Shown: positions 10,504 to 21,462 of the stretch, piece by piece
Numbering within the stretch: position 1 is the first letter of the stretch
How the letters are laid out: every line of letters starts with the position of its first letter
Source: a bacterium
GTDB taxonomy: Bacteria; UBA8248
Length of the DNA stretch: 64,000 nt
Reading direction: 5' to 3'
Assembly (NCBI GenBank): GCA_965204535.1
Contig: CBDBEV010000001.1
Span: forward strand, 1,472,001-1,536,000
The notes under the pieces: generated by a model
The model's database searches: none
What the model saw: the letters and a program-made list of their open reading frames with translations, nothing else
Told to the model about the DNA's origin: nothing
Translations under genes and position numbers: made by a program

Positions 10504-11844
10504 TCAAACGGCGAGGTTTTCTCGCAGAGTCTTGCCCCCATACGATTTCCTGTACCTCCCCCGTCTTTGCAATTCGGGAACCAGGTAATCCACAATGTTG
10601 AGCATAATCTCGCGCGGCCCGGCCTGGGACTGCTTGACCATGAAGCCGCCGCGACTCCCGGTCGCTTCGAATATCTCTTCGAAACGATCGGCAATCTGTG
10701 CCGCCGTACCGGTGACCGCGGTGGCGTAACCCGTTGCCGACTCGAGTCCATGCCGGAAGAATTCGTCGCGATCAATCTCGGCGTGCTCGCCGTATTTGTG
10801 CGCCAGTTGATTGACGAAACCCACCGGAGAAGCCTGCGCGGCGACGATTCGTTCCTGAAGTTCCGCCAGGGAGAATCGCGGCGGAAGTTTGGACAAGTCG
10901 TAGCCGGTATTGTGTGACAGCCATACTCCGACGGCTTCCATAGGCACATCGGAAATCAGCGCTTCTCGCAGCGCATGCGCCTGTTTCTCGGTTTCACCGA
11001 CGATGGCCCTGAGTGCCCAGATGATGCCGACCTCTTGCGGGTCCCGCCCCTCTGCGAGGAGAGCGTCATCAAGATCTTGTCGTTGCTTCGTCATAAGCGG
11101 CAACGTTTTGGTTCTGCCAAAAACATGATCGGCAACATGAGCGGCGCCTTTGACGCCGCGCGGAGAGCCTCCGGCCTGTATGATTACGGGACTTCCCTGA
11201 GGAGACGGAACGACGCTTAGTGGCCCCTTGACCTTGAAAAACTTTCCCTCGTGATTGATCGGATGAACTTTGGCAGGGTCGGCGATCCGGCCCGAAGCCT
11301 TGTCCCAGAAGAAAGCATCCGCCTCGACGCTATTCCACAACGCCCGACAGACGTCGATAAACTCTTCCAGCCGCTCGTAGCGCTCACCATGCTCCGGCAG
11401 CCCGTCGTAGCCATAGTTCGCAAAATCGGAACGGCGCGCCGAGGTGATGACGTTAAAGGCCATTCGACCGTTGGTGATATGGTCCAGGGAATTCAAAAGA
11501 CGCGCCGTATAAAATGGATGCATAAAGCTGGATGAGTACGTCAAGCCGAACCCGAGATGTTTGGTGACGCGTGACATCGCAACAATCCACGGACTCATGT
11601 CGAATCTTGGCCATGCGACGCCGTAGCTGACCGCATCGTCAATCGAGTCTTTCCACATGTCGGGAATGCCTGTCGAGTCTCCAACAAAGATGAGGTCAAG
11701 ACCGCCACGCTCCGCGACGCGCGCAATTTCCTCGAACATGCCGATATTTGGATGGTGGCGATCTACCCAAGTACCCGGATTCCTCCAATTGGTCTCTACC
11801 TCGGTCCACGAGATATCAAATGCCAATTGGATACGCTTCTTCAT
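10504..11844 (-). CDS. NtaA/DmoA/SnaA-family FMNH2-dependent monooxygenase
   Basis: AERGGLD, LDHITNGRMAFN, HEGKFFKVKGPL, QAGGSPRG, VPELQRRG, TLRENL. Confidence 0.92.
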   Translation of the reverse strand: MKKRIQLAFDISWTEVETNWRNPGTWVDRHHPNIGMFEEIARVAERGGLDLIFVGDSTGIPDMWKDSIDDAVSYGVAWPRFDMSPWIVAMSRVTKHLGFGLTYSSSFMHPFYTARLLNSLDHITNGRMAFNVITSARRSDFANYGYDGLPEHGERYERLEEFIDVCRALWNSVEADAFFWDKASGRIADPAKVHPINHEGKFFKVKGPLSVVPSPQGSPVIIQAGGSPRGVKGAAHVADHVFGRTKTLPLMTKQRQDLDDALLAEGRDPQEVGIIWALRAIVGETEKQAHALREALISDVPMEAVGVWLSHNTGYDLSKLPPRFSLAELQERIVAAQASPVGFVNQLAHKYGEHAEIDRDEFFRHGLESATGYATAVTGTAAQIADRFEEIFEATGSRGGFMVKQSQAGPREIMLNIVDYLVPELQRRGRYRKSYGGKTLRENLAV

Positions 11845-12779
11845 TTCGTTTTCCCCAGTATTTGACTATTGTTCTCACTCTCGTCGGTAAGCCGACGATG
11901 TCCGAGATTTTCCGTTTGCCTTATTTACCGCGAAGTTTACTACGACTGGATGTAATCTGCCAGAACGGGCTCGATTGAGGCGCGGCCGAGAGTTGGTGAA
12001 CAGGAAAATGGACTCCCTCCCTTCTTTGCCACCCCGAAGTCGAGTGAAAAGTATTTACAACACCAAAAGGAGGTTATATTGGAATTTCAGAATCGCATTT
12101 GATGCGATTCGGGCTCCGTCACTCAACGCGGAGGACCAGTGGTTCCTGATCCAAACTTGTGGGCCAGACTTTGGAGGTCAGTTGCAAAACTGTCCGACAG
12201 GAACAAACATTCAGTCGTCAAGTGAGATTGTTGCCAGAGACAGTTGTTAATATTGTGCGGTGAAGTCGGCTTGGGCCAGTGCTTTCTCGACCGTCATCAC
12301 TCCACGACTGAATGCTTACCGAATCTTCACGGACGCCCGCCCGCCGTGATGCGCGCGAGTTGTAACGAGTCCGCTTTCGGCTTGATTACATGTTGCGCAA
12401 GAGGGATTCTGGAGGAGACTGGAAAAACCGTCTATCCCAAAGGATTTCAGCTGATTATGAGAATTCTTCGACCGTTGGACATTGCTTGATGTCTCTGAAA
12501 TTCGATAAAATTGGATAAATTCACGGGGTTTTTCGATAAATGCACGAGGCAAAAATACCCATTATCTATTGAAATCTTTAATGGATGCAGCCGTATTTCG
12601 CGCATCCGGCCCGTCGCCCGAAGAACTCGATTTCGACAGGGCGGGACGCTACGGTATTTTGCATTGGACGATGGGAGAATAGAATGGTAAATTCCGATTT
12701 GTCTTGATGGTAGAGTGTTTTGACCTCGCGGGGTTCGGAAGACGGGCGAGGCGTTGAATTTATGGGGAGAATGCGACTC

Positions 12780-13061
12780 ATGCGAAAAATGGCTGGTATC
12801 TTTCTGGCGGTTGGAGTGGTTTTCGTGGTTGCGGGGTGTTCGACGCCCGAGCACAACGTCTGGTTCAAGCGCGGCGTGGGCGTAAAAATGGACCAGGCTG
12901 TGAAGGACCTGAAAAGTTGCGCGATGAAGGAAGAGTTCATATTCGATGCGAAGGCCAAAGGCGGTGCCGAAGTGACCAGTTCCGCGACGTCTTATGCGCA
13001 GAGCAATTTCGATTCGTGCATGATGGCCAAGGGCTTCAAGAAGAAGAAAATGATGAAATAA
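12780..13061 (+). CDS. Small hypothetical lipoprotein
   Basis: Lipobox VAGC; C...CMMAKGF pattern; start 12771-12789 uncertain. Confidence 0.75.
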   Translation: MRKMAGIFLAVGVVFVVAGCSTPEHNVWFKRGVGVKMDQAVKDLKSCAMKEEFIFDAKAKGGAEVTSSATSYAQSNFDSCMMAKGFKKKKMMK

Positions 13062-13147
13062 ATTCCGAGGGCGTATGCGGCGAGCTTGCCGGAGGATTGA
13101 AGCGAACTCCCGACGCGCCTTCTTGATGGGTTGTTTCGCAAGCCTCG

Positions 13148-13180
13148 AAGAGCCGGAGAATTCGTTCTCCGGTTCTTTTG
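13148..13180 (+). terminator. Intrinsic terminator
   Basis: AAGAGCCGGAGAA-TTCG-TTCTCCGGTTCTT followed by T-rich tail. Confidence 0.65.
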
Positions 13181-13213
13181 TTCTAGGACGTGAGCGCATC
13201 ACAACGAATATCA

Positions 13214-13813
13214 ATGAAATCCGAAGAGCAGGAGACGAGAATGAACCAGGGCGAGGGGCCGTCCCGTCGCGAAGTCGAGCGGGCGGCCGAACTGAAAACT
13301 TTCGAGGACCACCGCGCCGAGGGGCCGGACGCCGTCACGTGCGGCGTCCTCACGGTGAGCGACACGCGCACCGAAGAGAGCGACACGAGCGGAAAGTTGA
13401 TCATGAACATGCTGGGCGACATGGGCCACAAGGTCGCCTTCTACCGCATCGTGAAGGATGAGCCGGACCAGATTCGCGAAGCCCTGCTCGAGGCGTGCGC
13501 CGACCCCGGCATCCAGGTGGTGATATCGAACGGGGGGACGGGCATCACCAAACGGGATACGACGTACGACGTCGTCGTCTCGCTCCTTGAGAAGGAAATG
13601 CCCGGCTTCGGCGAGTTGTTCCGGCACGTGAGTTTCGAGGAAATCGGCACGGCCGCCATGCTCACCCGCGCGACGGCGGGCACTTGCCGCGACACCATCA
13701 TCATGACGCTGCCCGGCTCGGGGAACGCCTGCCGCACGGGAATGGAAAAAATCATCCTTCCCGAGATCAGCCACATGGTGCGGGAGGTCCTGAAGCCCTC
13801 AGGCATTCCGTAA
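13214..13813 (+). CDS. moaB: Molybdenum cofactor biosynthesis protein MoaB/Mog
   Basis: LTVSDTRT, DTSG, NGGTGITKRDTT, MPGFGELFR, LPGS. Confidence 0.9.
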   Translation: MKSEEQETRMNQGEGPSRREVERAAELKTFEDHRAEGPDAVTCGVLTVSDTRTEESDTSGKLIMNMLGDMGHKVAFYRIVKDEPDQIREALLEACADPGIQVVISNGGTGITKRDTTYDVVVSLLEKEMPGFGELFRHVSFEEIGTAAMLTRATAGTCRDTIIMTLPGSGNACRTGMEKIILPEISHMVREVLKPSGIP

Positions 13814-13858
13814 TGGATACGGGAAGCCGACTCGCGGCTGAATGAGAAAGTCCTCGAT

Positions 13859-14271
13859 CAGCCCCGGAATGCGGTTGTTGAGAAAGCCCCTCGCGGATCG
13901 CGATAGTTCTGTCGGGGCGGACCCGTGTGTCCGCCCATTCGCTCGGACGAAAACACTGAAAACGGGAGCACACGCAGTCAGGCATATATGTCTGACCCCT
14001 ACGGGGTACTCATTATTAGTGTAGGGACAGGTCGCGACCTGTCCCTACAGATAATGATGACCGAAACACGTGGACAGGCACAGGGGCCTGTCCCTACAGG
14101 AGGGGCAAACCCGAGCCGGGGGGATGTTCATGTTTTGCCGACACCTTTGAAATTCACTTCTTCCTGACCGCTTGCCCTCCCTCAAGAAAAGCAACCCCCC
14201 TGTCCCCCCTTGTCAGGGGGTAGAAAACCGATGCCCCCCGACGAGGCCTTTCCAACAGCCCCGGAATGCGG
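13859..14271. repeat. GTAG-type REP palindrome cluster inside a MITE-like shell
   Basis: REPs at 13911-13936, 13977-14002 (reverse), 14020-14049 (perfect palindrome), 14072-14097 (reverse); 16-bp direct repeat CAGCCCCGGAATGCGG at 13859 and 14256. Confidence 0.75.
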
Positions 14272-14426
14272 GGATGCACCGGGCGAAATGGAGCGCAGGC
14301 CTCGCCTGATCCACCCGGCGGCGTATTCACGTCGGTCAAGTTGACACGAGATATCCAAAAGACTAGTTTTAACGCGCATTTTGCACGGGGCAGAGGCTCC
14401 TTTCGCTCCAGATGAGGTTCGTTTCC

Positions 14427-14912
14427 ATGGAAAGTCACGCGGTATACCCGGGAACCTTCGATCCGCCGACGAAAGGGCATTTCGACGTCGTTCGCCGGAG
14501 CCAGAGGCTTTTCTCAAAAGTTACCGTGGCCATCTCCGTTCACCCCTCGAAAACGCCGCTGTTCAGTTTCGAGGAGCGCAGGAATTTCTTCCTGGAAGAA
14601 TTCGAGGCATCGAACCAGATCGAGGTCGCGAGCTTCGAGCGTGAACTGCTCGTGGATTTCGCCATGAAAGTGAATGCCCAGGCCATCATTCGCGGCCTGC
14701 GCGCCGTGAGCGATTTTGATTACGAGATGCAGATGACGCTCATGAACAGAAGGCTGAACGAGGAGATCGAAACGATTTTCCTCATGCCCAGCGAACAGTA
14801 CAGTTTCCTCAGTTCCAGCCTCGTCAAGGAAGTCGCTTCACTCGGCGGAGACGTGGGTGAACACGTGTCCGCTTCTGTACGGGAAGCGCTCGGCGAGCGG
14901 TTCCACAGCTGA
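14427..14912 (+). CDS. coaD: Phosphopantetheine adenylyltransferase
   Basis: YPGTFDPPTKGH, RGLRAVSDFDYE, SSSLVKE. Confidence 0.96.
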   Translation: MESHAVYPGTFDPPTKGHFDVVRRSQRLFSKVTVAISVHPSKTPLFSFEERRNFFLEEFEASNQIEVASFERELLVDFAMKVNAQAIIRGLRAVSDFDYEMQMTLMNRRLNEEIETIFLMPSEQYSFLSSSLVKEVASLGGDVGEHVSASVREALGERFHS

Positions 14913-14939
14913 ATTCATTTTCTAACCCTGGAGTTATTC

Positions 14940-16136
14940 ATGCGTTTTGCATCCCGAATGAGCAAGTTGTCTCCCATCCCCACGCTGGCGATGAACACCA
15001 AGGCGGCGGAAATGAAGGCACAAGGCGTCGACGTCATCTCGTTCGCGGCGGGAGAACCCGATTTCGATACCCCCGAGCATATCAAGGAAGGGGCCATCCA
15101 GGGTCTGCGCGACGGCGCCACGAAATACACGGCGGTTCGGGGCATACCCTCCCTCCGAGAGGCGATTTGCGATTGGGCCGAGGAGCACAAGGGTCTCCGG
15201 TATGACCCGAAAACGGAAGCGATCGTCACCGTGGGCGGGAAGCAATCGGTCTTCAACGCCCTGCACGTCCTCGTCGAGGAGGGCGATGAGGTCGTCATCC
15301 CAGCGCCCATCTGGGTGGCGTACGAGCCCGTCGCCACCCTGACCGGGGCGAAACCGGTTCTGGTGGAGACCAGTGAGGAAAACGGCCACAAGATGACGGC
15401 CGCGCAGTTGCGCGAGGCCGTGAATGAGCGGACGAAAATCGTGGTGATCAACAGCCCGTGCAACCCTTCGGGATGCGTCTACAGCCGCGAGGAGTTGGAG
15501 GCGATCGCCGAGGTGGTTTTATCGACCGGCGCGATGGTCATGTCCGATGAGATTTACGGGAAAATCACCTATGACGGCGAGGCGCATTACTCGATCGCCG
15601 GTTTTTCCCCCGAGATGAAGGCGCGCACCCTCGTTTTGGACGGGTTCTCGAAAACCTACGCGATGACGGGCTGGCGGCTGGGCTATACGCTCGGGAGCTC
15701 TGAAATCATCGAGGCCATGGACACGCTGCAGGGCCAGAGCACGAGCAACGCCACCTCCTTCGCCCAATTCGGCGGGGTGGCGGCCTTGAGGGGCTCGCAT
15801 GAGTTCGTGAACGAATGGCTCGCGCAATACGACGCGAGGAGAAAGGCGATCGTCGAGGGACTGAACTCAATCGACGGGCTCAGCGTCGTGAATCCCAAGG
15901 GTGCGTTTTACGCCTTCCCCCGGGTGAGCGGTGTGTTCGGGCGACGGGGGCCGGACGGAGTATTGAAAAATTCAATGGATGTGGGGCTGTACCTCCTCGA
16001 ACACGCCCACTGCGCCGGCGTCCCCGGCGCCGGTTTCGGCGCGGATGACTACGTGCGTTTCTCCTACGCGACTTCTCTGGAAAACGTCAAAGAAGGGATT
16101 GAGCGAATCAGAGCGGCCTTGGGACAGCTTGGTTGA
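14940..16136 (+). CDS. aspC: PLP-dependent class I/II (aspartate) aminotransferase
   Basis: GEPDFDTP, NSPCNPSG, SDEIY, GFSKTYAMTGWRLG, RFSYA. Confidence 0.9.
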   Translation: MRFASRMSKLSPIPTLAMNTKAAEMKAQGVDVISFAAGEPDFDTPEHIKEGAIQGLRDGATKYTAVRGIPSLREAICDWAEEHKGLRYDPKTEAIVTVGGKQSVFNALHVLVEEGDEVVIPAPIWVAYEPVATLTGAKPVLVETSEENGHKMTAAQLREAVNERTKIVVINSPCNPSGCVYSREELEAIAEVVLSTGAMVMSDEIYGKITYDGEAHYSIAGFSPEMKARTLVLDGFSKTYAMTGWRLGYTLGSSEIIEAMDTLQGQSTSNATSFAQFGGVAALRGSHEFVNEWLAQYDARRKAIVEGLNSIDGLSVVNPKGAFYAFPRVSGVFGRRGPDGVLKNSMDVGLYLLEHAHCAGVPGAGFGADDYVRFSYATSLENVKEGIERIRAALGQLG

Positions 16137-16357
16137 TGTATGGCTTGGGGCGCGCTCTTCAAATTCTCGCCATGGTGGATTGCGGGGTCGCCTTGCTCAT
16201 AGGAGCCTTGAATCCCTCCGCCTATGCCATCCAACTCGTTATTTTGGGTTCCGCGGTCATTTTGTTTTCCGTCGGGCGTTTGCTCCAGAAGAAGGCGCGT
16301 GCGACTGCGCCCTCAATCGGTGAGCAGGATCAATCATCCGTGTCCGAGAGCGAATGA
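16136..16357 (+). CDS. Small two-TM membrane protein
   Basis: Two hydrophobic segments; TGATG and ATGA coupling with both neighbours. Confidence 0.6.
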   Translation: MYGLGRALQILAMVDCGVALLIGALNPSAYAIQLVILGSAVILFSVGRLLQKKARATAPSIGEQDQSSVSESE

Positions 16358-17751
16358 GGGTGTCCCCAACCGTGCCGCGAAGCTTGTTTTGCGATTGGTG
16401 GGAGTCGTCTTGTGAGCGTTACCTGCGTGAGAATTTCGGGGATGTAGGCGAGCAAATCAGGCAAAATTTCACCCAAACGCTTTTTTCTCCCCAGACGGAA
16501 CCCATCCTGCCTGAGCAGGTTCTCCCGATTTCTTTCATCCATCTGAAGTTGTTGGCCGGTGAGGAGTTGGGGTTTGTTCTCCAGCGCATGGAGAAGCTGA
16601 CGGCGCTATATGGCGCTCAGGGCGTAAAGCCGGCGATCGGCACCCTGTACCTGGCGTTGACGGCCCTTACGTCGAGGCGCGGAAAATTATCCTCCATGGC
16701 GAAGGCGCAATCGGCGTTTTTCAGTTTGTTGCTTCGGCGTTTGGCGAACATGTTCGACGAAGGGGTGGGTGAAGGCGCCATACGAGAAGAACTTTCCGAT
16801 GTCTGGGAGATTCGTACGGAGCAGGCCGCAAGCACGACCCTGGAAAATGCCCGCGGCCTTTGGAGGCGCACAAGCGATCGGGATGTCGGTTTGCTTCCTT
16901 TGCCGGTGAATTTGGATTCATGGCTTCATGACAATGGTTTAGCCGAAAATGTCGCTGAAGCCCGGAAAATGTATGGAGATATGGCGGAAAATCCTCATTT
17001 GTCCGAATTGGTGGATCGTTTGGCGGCGATAGAGGGATTGAGAATTTCGATTGATTCTGGAGGTGCCCTGGAACGAAGAACCGCATGGGAGGATATGCAG
17101 GCTGTATTGATGAGAAGCTTCAATGGCGCCATGGTGGGTATGACACCTTGGGAGTCGAAAACCCTGCGCCCTGCGCCACCTCTGTTGATTTCTCTGCTTG
17201 CATGGGCGAACAAACTCCAGTTGTTGAATGACGGTGAAACACCTACGGCTTACCCCGGACGGGAGAGGCTGCCTGATTGGCTGAAAGAAATCTTGAATAA
17301 GAAACATTCCAAGGACGGTGTTCTCTCGTCATCGAGAATCGCCGTGGGTGGCGAAACTTACATCATGGTTGGCGTAGATGCGTCTGCTTCTTCCGAGTTG
17401 CTTTCGGTCGTTTTCGATGCGCCGGAGCGAACGGATTCGGCCGCGCTGAAATTGAGCATTCGATTCGGAGATGGTACGAAAAAATCTTTTCCATTCGATT
17501 TGGAGAATGGACGAGACCTTTTGGCCGCGATATGTCTGGCGAGGCAGGACGACTTTCGACTCGACGTCATCGTCCGTGGCTCGGACAAGGATTGGCGTTT
17601 CGGGACGTCTTTGTACTTGATGATGGCGCAAGAGCATCATGAGATTTGGGTGCGGTGTCTCCTCTCTTTTTTAGAGGAGAAATTTGGAAGTGACGAGGAC
17701 AGAATTCGCCTCGAAATACTGAGGGGCATAAAACGGAAAAACGATAATTGA
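16354..17751 (+). CDS. Hypothetical protein (465 aa)
   Basis: Long ORF coupled to upstream gene; no motif recognised. Confidence 0.7.
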   Translation: MRVSPTVPRSLFCDWWESSCERYLRENFGDVGEQIRQNFTQTLFSPQTEPILPEQVLPISFIHLKLLAGEELGFVLQRMEKLTALYGAQGVKPAIGTLYLALTALTSRRGKLSSMAKAQSAFFSLLLRRLANMFDEGVGEGAIREELSDVWEIRTEQAASTTLENARGLWRRTSDRDVGLLPLPVNLDSWLHDNGLAENVAEARKMYGDMAENPHLSELVDRLAAIEGLRISIDSGGALERRTAWEDMQAVLMRSFNGAMVGMTPWESKTLRPAPPLLISLLAWANKLQLLNDGETPTAYPGRERLPDWLKEILNKKHSKDGVLSSSRIAVGGETYIMVGVDASASSELLSVVFDAPERTDSAALKLSIRFGDGTKKSFPFDLENGRDLLAAICLARQDDFRLDVIVRGSDKDWRFGTSLYLMMAQEHHEIWVRCLLSFLEEKFGSDEDRIRLEILRGIKRKNDN

Positions 17752-17804
17752 CGGCCAAGCTCTAGTACGCGGGCTTATCCATATATCCGAAGAAGAACGA
17801 ACGC

Positions 17805-19082
17805 TTATGCCCGCACCCTCCAGACGAGTAATACCGCGATGAGCCGACTGGCCGCCATGGCCGCGAACACCCAGAACCACCCGTTTGAAATCGCCAGAGA
17901 CAACCATCCGAAGAATACGGCTTGGAGCGCGCCGTAAATATACCCGTGAGCATCCAGCACGCCCGCCGCTGTTCCAGCCAGCCGCCTGCCGGCCAGGTCT
18001 ACCCCCAGCGCCTGCACGGTGGACATGTTGACGCAAAATCCACCGACAATGAGCAAAATAACGGCGAGAGGAATGTTATCGGCGGGCGCATAGGCGATTC
18101 CCATCATCGCGGCGGCGCTCAGAAACGCGGCGAGTATGATGACGATGGACCGATTACTCTTGAAGAATCGATCGGAAATGATTCCGCCGAAGATGGGCCC
18201 GAACAAATACCCCAAAGGATATGCGAAGGTCAGCAAACCCATCTCTTTCAGATTGAATCCACCCACCTGAGCGTAATACAAAGGCGCCCATGAGACGACG
18301 CCGTAGCGAACCACGTTATCCAGTCCTTTTACGTGGCACGCCAAAAAGAAACGCAGATTGGTCATCAAGTGAAAATACGCTTTTAGGCCATGTTCACTCT
18401 CGCTGCCTGCCGCTTCTGCTTCGCGGGACACGTCATCTGACTCTATATACTCAGGGAGGTTGAGTTCGGCGGGTTTGTCTTTGGCGATAAAGTAAAAAAT
18501 GATTCCCAAAACGGCAATGATCATAGGGGGGTAGCGAATCGCAACCCGCCAGCCGTATTGCGCCGCCGTCCAGGGTACGACCGCCCAAACGATGAGGAGC
18601 GCTATACCGGCGGCCGTTCCCACGAGCCCAATCGCCTGGCCCCGCTCGCGTCTCGGCCACCATTGCGCCACCAAGCCGAGTCCTGGCCCCCATGTGGCTG
18701 CGTTCACAAAACCGACCACCGCCCAGGGTATGGCGAGCGTGGAAATGGAATTTCCAAAACTCGCGATGAAGTTGAACAACGACGTGGTGATGGCGGCGAA
18801 GAGTATGGTGTTTCTGTAGCCTACTTTTTCCGCAATCCTGCCGAAGACCAAGTCGCCGAAAGCGAATCCCCAAAACATCCATGAATTGATCCACCCGGTA
18901 TCGACTCGCGTGATGCCCAGATCCTGGATGACCGCGTATTGCACCAGGCTGAAGTTGAATCTGCCCAGATAGTTGAAGGCATAGAAAACGCAAAAGGCGA
19001 TGAGGATACGCCATTTCCACTGGTGAAACTCGGGAGGCAGGTCATGATATTCGACCTGGGTGGCGCTTCTTCGTCCATTCAT
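17805..19082 (-). CDS. MFS transporter, OPA (GlpT/UhpC-like) family
   Basis: YLGRFNFS, QWWPRRERG, GGIISDR; about 12 TM segments. Confidence 0.88.
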   Translation of the reverse strand: MNGRRSATQVEYHDLPPEFHQWKWRILIAFCVFYAFNYLGRFNFSLVQYAVIQDLGITRVDTGWINSWMFWGFAFGDLVFGRIAEKVGYRNTILFAAITTSLFNFIASFGNSISTLAIPWAVVGFVNAATWGPGLGLVAQWWPRRERGQAIGLVGTAAGIALLIVWAVVPWTAAQYGWRVAIRYPPMIIAVLGIIFYFIAKDKPAELNLPEYIESDDVSREAEAAGSESEHGLKAYFHLMTNLRFFLACHVKGLDNVVRYGVVSWAPLYYAQVGGFNLKEMGLLTFAYPLGYLFGPIFGGIISDRFFKSNRSIVIILAAFLSAAAMMGIAYAPADNIPLAVILLIVGGFCVNMSTVQALGVDLAGRRLAGTAAGVLDAHGYIYGALQAVFFGWLSLAISNGWFWVFAAMAASRLIAVLLVWRVRA

Positions 19083-19224
19083 GTTGGAAGGGTTGCTTCG
19101 GCACAGCCGAAACGCCGTCTGATTAGCCAGTTCATTTTCACCATCTGTAGGTGTCTCGGAGTTTCCAAGAGGATTTGCTCAACTCTTATGACCGAATGCG
19201 GCAAATGGTCATTTCTGTATTTGC

Positions 19225-20502
19225 TTATTTTTCAAATTCTAACAGATGATAGTTCTTTTTTCCCTTCCGAAGCAGGATGTATTGACCAAATAACATATCA
19301 TCAGCAGATAATACGCTTTCCTCATTCGTGATGCGGCGATTGTTCACATAAATGCCGCCCCCGCTTAGTTCTTTTCGCGCCAATGTTTTCGACCTGGAGA
19401 GACCGGTTTCCAGCAGGATGTCAATAAGCGGATATGGGGGTTCACCCGAGCGCAGGGTTTTGGGCATCTCCTCCGCTGCCGAGAGCAAGTCGGTTTTCTC
19501 GATTCCATCCAGTTGTGCGCCAAAGAGAATTTTCGCGGCGCGCTCTGCGCTGCGCGCGGCGGCGGCGCCGTGTACGAGCGTCGTCAACTCCTTCGAAAGG
19601 CGGCGTTGCCCCTCTCGTTTCTCCGGGGATTCGAGGTGTTCTTTTTCGATTTCATCAATCTCGTCAAGTGATAGAAAGGTGAAATATCTCAGAAACCTGC
19701 CGACATCCCTGTCGTCCGTCTGAATCCAGTATTGCGAGAATCGGTATGGACTGGTTCGCTTCGGGTCCAGCCAGATATTACCTTCTTCCGTTTTGCCGAA
19801 TTTCCTGCCGTCGGAAGTCGTGATGAGAGGAAAGGTCATTCCGAATGCGGGTTTTCCATGAACGCGCCGGATAAGCTCGATTCCTGCTGTGATGTTGCCC
19901 CACTGATCGGAACCGCCAATCTGTAAAGTGCAATTCTCTTTCTCGAACAGGTGGAGAAAGTCATACGCCTGTAGCGCCATGTAGCTGAACTCGGTGTACG
20001 ATATTCCTGCATCGGCGATGCGTGACTTCACAGATTCTTTCGCCATCATATAACCGATGGAAAAATGTTTGCCTACATCGCGGAAAAAATCGATGAGGCG
20101 GATCTCGTTCAGCCACTCCGCGTTGTTCATCATACGCGCAGAGTTTGAACCCGCATCAAAATCCAGGAACCTTTCGAATTGAGCCCTGATTCCTTTGAGG
20201 TTGTGTTCCAAAATTTCTGCGCTTAGGAGGTTTCTTTCTTCTGATTTTCCCGAAGGGTCTCCTATCATCCCGGTTCCGCCGCCCATGAGGGCAATCGGCC
20301 GGTGTCCTGCGCGTTGAAAACGCATGAGCCCCGTAATGGGAATCAAATTTCCAATGTGCAAACTGTCTGCTGTGGGGTCGAAGCCGCAATAGAGGCTTAT
20401 TCCACCTTTTCCAAATGCACTCGTCAGTTCCGCCTGGTCCGTGTGATCGTGGACCAAACCGCGGAGCTTCAGTTCATCGAACAAGTTCATGGTGTTCCCC
20501 AT
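19225..20502 (-). CDS. tyrS: Tyrosine-tRNA ligase
   Basis: YCGFDPTADSLHIGN, QIGGSDQWGNI, KFGKT, C-terminal S4 domain (RKGKK). Confidence 0.97.
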   Translation of the reverse strand: MGNTMNLFDELKLRGLVHDHTDQAELTSAFGKGGISLYCGFDPTADSLHIGNLIPITGLMRFQRAGHRPIALMGGGTGMIGDPSGKSEERNLLSAEILEHNLKGIRAQFERFLDFDAGSNSARMMNNAEWLNEIRLIDFFRDVGKHFSIGYMMAKESVKSRIADAGISYTEFSYMALQAYDFLHLFEKENCTLQIGGSDQWGNITAGIELIRRVHGKPAFGMTFPLITTSDGRKFGKTEEGNIWLDPKRTSPYRFSQYWIQTDDRDVGRFLRYFTFLSLDEIDEIEKEHLESPEKREGQRRLSKELTTLVHGAAAARSAERAAKILFGAQLDGIEKTDLLSAAEEMPKTLRSGEPPYPLIDILLETGLSRSKTLARKELSGGGIYVNNRRITNEESVLSADDMLFGQYILLRKGKKNYHLLEFEK

Positions 20503-20645
20503 CTTGTTTCTATTGCATAGGGATCAGATATTAGAAGATTCCCGATTATAAAATGTTATCCTTCTGTCACTATTGTATCGTATTCGATATATAGCAGGGC
20601 AGGAGGTTTGCTGAAAGTTGGATAACAGCTATTGAGGTAAACAGA

Positions 20646-21392
20646 ATGCCGCTCCGCTTCGATTTTCATGGCAAAAGAGTGATTCTCACCGGCGCTACAG
20701 GAGACGTGGGCAAGACGCTCGTTCGGGCATTTCTGGATACGGGCGCCAAACTCGCCGCCACGGGGCGGAGTCCAGAGAAACTGCGTCTCATCGGTGGCCC
20801 CGAGGAGATGCTGAAAAAATTGCCTTGTGATTTCGAGAATTTCGCTGAAGTGAAAGTCATGCTCCAGGAAGCAATCGCATGGCTGGGTGGATGCGACGTC
20901 CTGGTTTGCACGACGGCGAACATGCTGGTGAAAGACCCGCTCTCGCTCAATGAGTTCGATTGGAGGCGCGCTCTGAACGTGAATCTCTTGGCGCCTTATT
21001 TCTGCATTCAAGGCGTGATGCCTGCGCTCATGCAGTCTCCATCGGGGCGGATTATCCTGTTTGGCTCCGGGGCCGGAAAATCAGGGGGACTGGGCCATAA
21101 TCTCACATATGGTGCTTCAAAAGGTGGTATCTTGGCCATGACGTTTAACCTTGCCCGAGAGCTTGCGAAAACCAAAGTGACCGTGAACTGCCTGGTCCCC
21201 GGGCCGATTGATGGTCCTTTGATGCGAGAATTTGGACCAGATTTGTATAACAAGGCACTGGCGAAACATCCGATGGGGAGGTTTGCAAAGGCTTCGGAAC
21301 TGGCGCCAGCCACTTTGTTTCTTGCAAGCGAAGAAGCAGCGCATATCACCGGAGAAGCCCTGGATGTAAACGGGGGGTATTTTACGGATTAG
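20646..21392 (+). CDS. SDR-family oxidoreductase (FabG-like)
   Basis: [31 protein letters not shown]. Confidence 0.9.
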   Translation: MPLRFDFHGKRVILTGATGDVGKTLVRAFLDTGAKLAATGRSPEKLRLIGGPEEMLKKLPCDFENFAEVKVMLQEAIAWLGGCDVLVCTTANMLVKDPLSLNEFDWRRALNVNLLAPYFCIQGVMPALMQSPSGRIILFGSGAGKSGGLGHNLTYGASKGGILAMTFNLARELAKTKVTVNCLVPGPIDGPLMREFGPDLYNKALAKHPMGRFAKASELAPATLFLASEEAAHITGEALDVNGGYFTD

Positions 21393-21462
21393 GGTTTGTT
21401 CGGAGAATGCAAGTGCGAAACGTCCGGATTATTTGAGGCGAATTCTGGAACAGGAGTCGATT

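Noticed and set aside
12085-12190. GAATCGCAT-TTG-ATGCGATTC palindrome and an IS3-like terminal sequence (minus strand AACTGACCTCCAAAGTCTGGCCCA)
   Set aside because: No partner end or transposase; too weak to call beyond a possible operator or IS scar
13900-14110. CRISPR array
   Set aside because: Palindromes differ in sequence and orientation with irregular spacing; no cas genes; REP-like instead
20503-20645. T-box leader for tyrS
   Set aside because: Short AT-rich divergent intergenic region without T-box consensus
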